Part shown: piece after piece, positions 25,780-25,832 of the stretch
Layout: the number at the start of each line of letters is the position of its first letter
Numbering within the stretch: position 1 is the first letter of the stretch
Source of the DNA: a bacterium
Lineage (GTDB): Bacteria > Cyanobacteriota > Vampirovibrionia > Gastranaerophilales > Gastranaerophilaceae
Length of the DNA stretch: 25,832 nucleotides
NCBI GenBank assembly: GCA_050874405.1
Contig: JBNMKP010000001.1
Span: forward strand, 1-25,832
Reading direction: 5' to 3'
Translations under genes and position numbers: made by a program
The notes under the pieces: model-generated
What the model was told of the DNA's origin: nothing
Database searches by the model: none
The model's input: only the letters and a program-made list of their open reading frames with translations

Positions 25780-25832
25780 TATTTTGCACTATATTTACCT
25801 ACACTTGAAAGATTTGTTGGTTTAGCATACAA

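Noticed and set aside
1-25832. Diversity-generating retroelement or shufflon acting on the pilins
   Set aside because: No reverse transcriptase or site-specific recombinase is present, and I saw no template/variable repeat pair differing at adenines. Such parts could lie outside the window.
1-25832. CRISPR array, tRNA or rRNA
   Set aside because: No regularly spaced direct repeats and no recognisable tRNA or rRNA sequence.

Overview
AT-rich bacterial chromosomal segment. The lineage is inferred, not proven, to be a non-photosynthetic Cyanobacteriota relative (Melainabacteria/Gastranaerophilales-like). The basis is efp-accB adjacency, rpmI-rplT without infC, secretin plus MlaE/F (diderm), and many 'AFTLxE' pilin-like paralogs. 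Housekeeping genes are efp, accB, accC, folC, rpmI, rplT, a MATE exporter, a U32-family protein, a YqeG phosphatase, mlaE/mlaF, a class I/II aminotransferase and cysK. They are interleaved with a type IV pilus/T2SS-type operon (PilP-like, secretin, PilB, PilC), a TPR protein and four scattered pilin-like genes of one family. The most unusual part is 3219-5346. An XRE regulator is divergent from a pilin whose 80-aa leader peptide is partly encoded by in-frame palindromic DNA elements. One of these carries a perfect telomere-like G-quadruplex motif, and a degenerate second prepilin cleavage site follows it. Next comes an intact REP-associated tyrosine transposase (RAYT) with two flanking GTAG REPs and a third REP embedded in its own reading frame. 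Two further copies of one palindromic element family sit tail-to-tail at 23778-23938 and show compensatory stem changes. Also seen are a conserved promoter shared by two distant pilin paralogs, several apparently leaderless genes, an unannotated 44-aa membrane peptide and an orphan terminator that may end an sRNA. No CRISPR array, tRNA/rRNA, reverse transcriptase or integrase was found.
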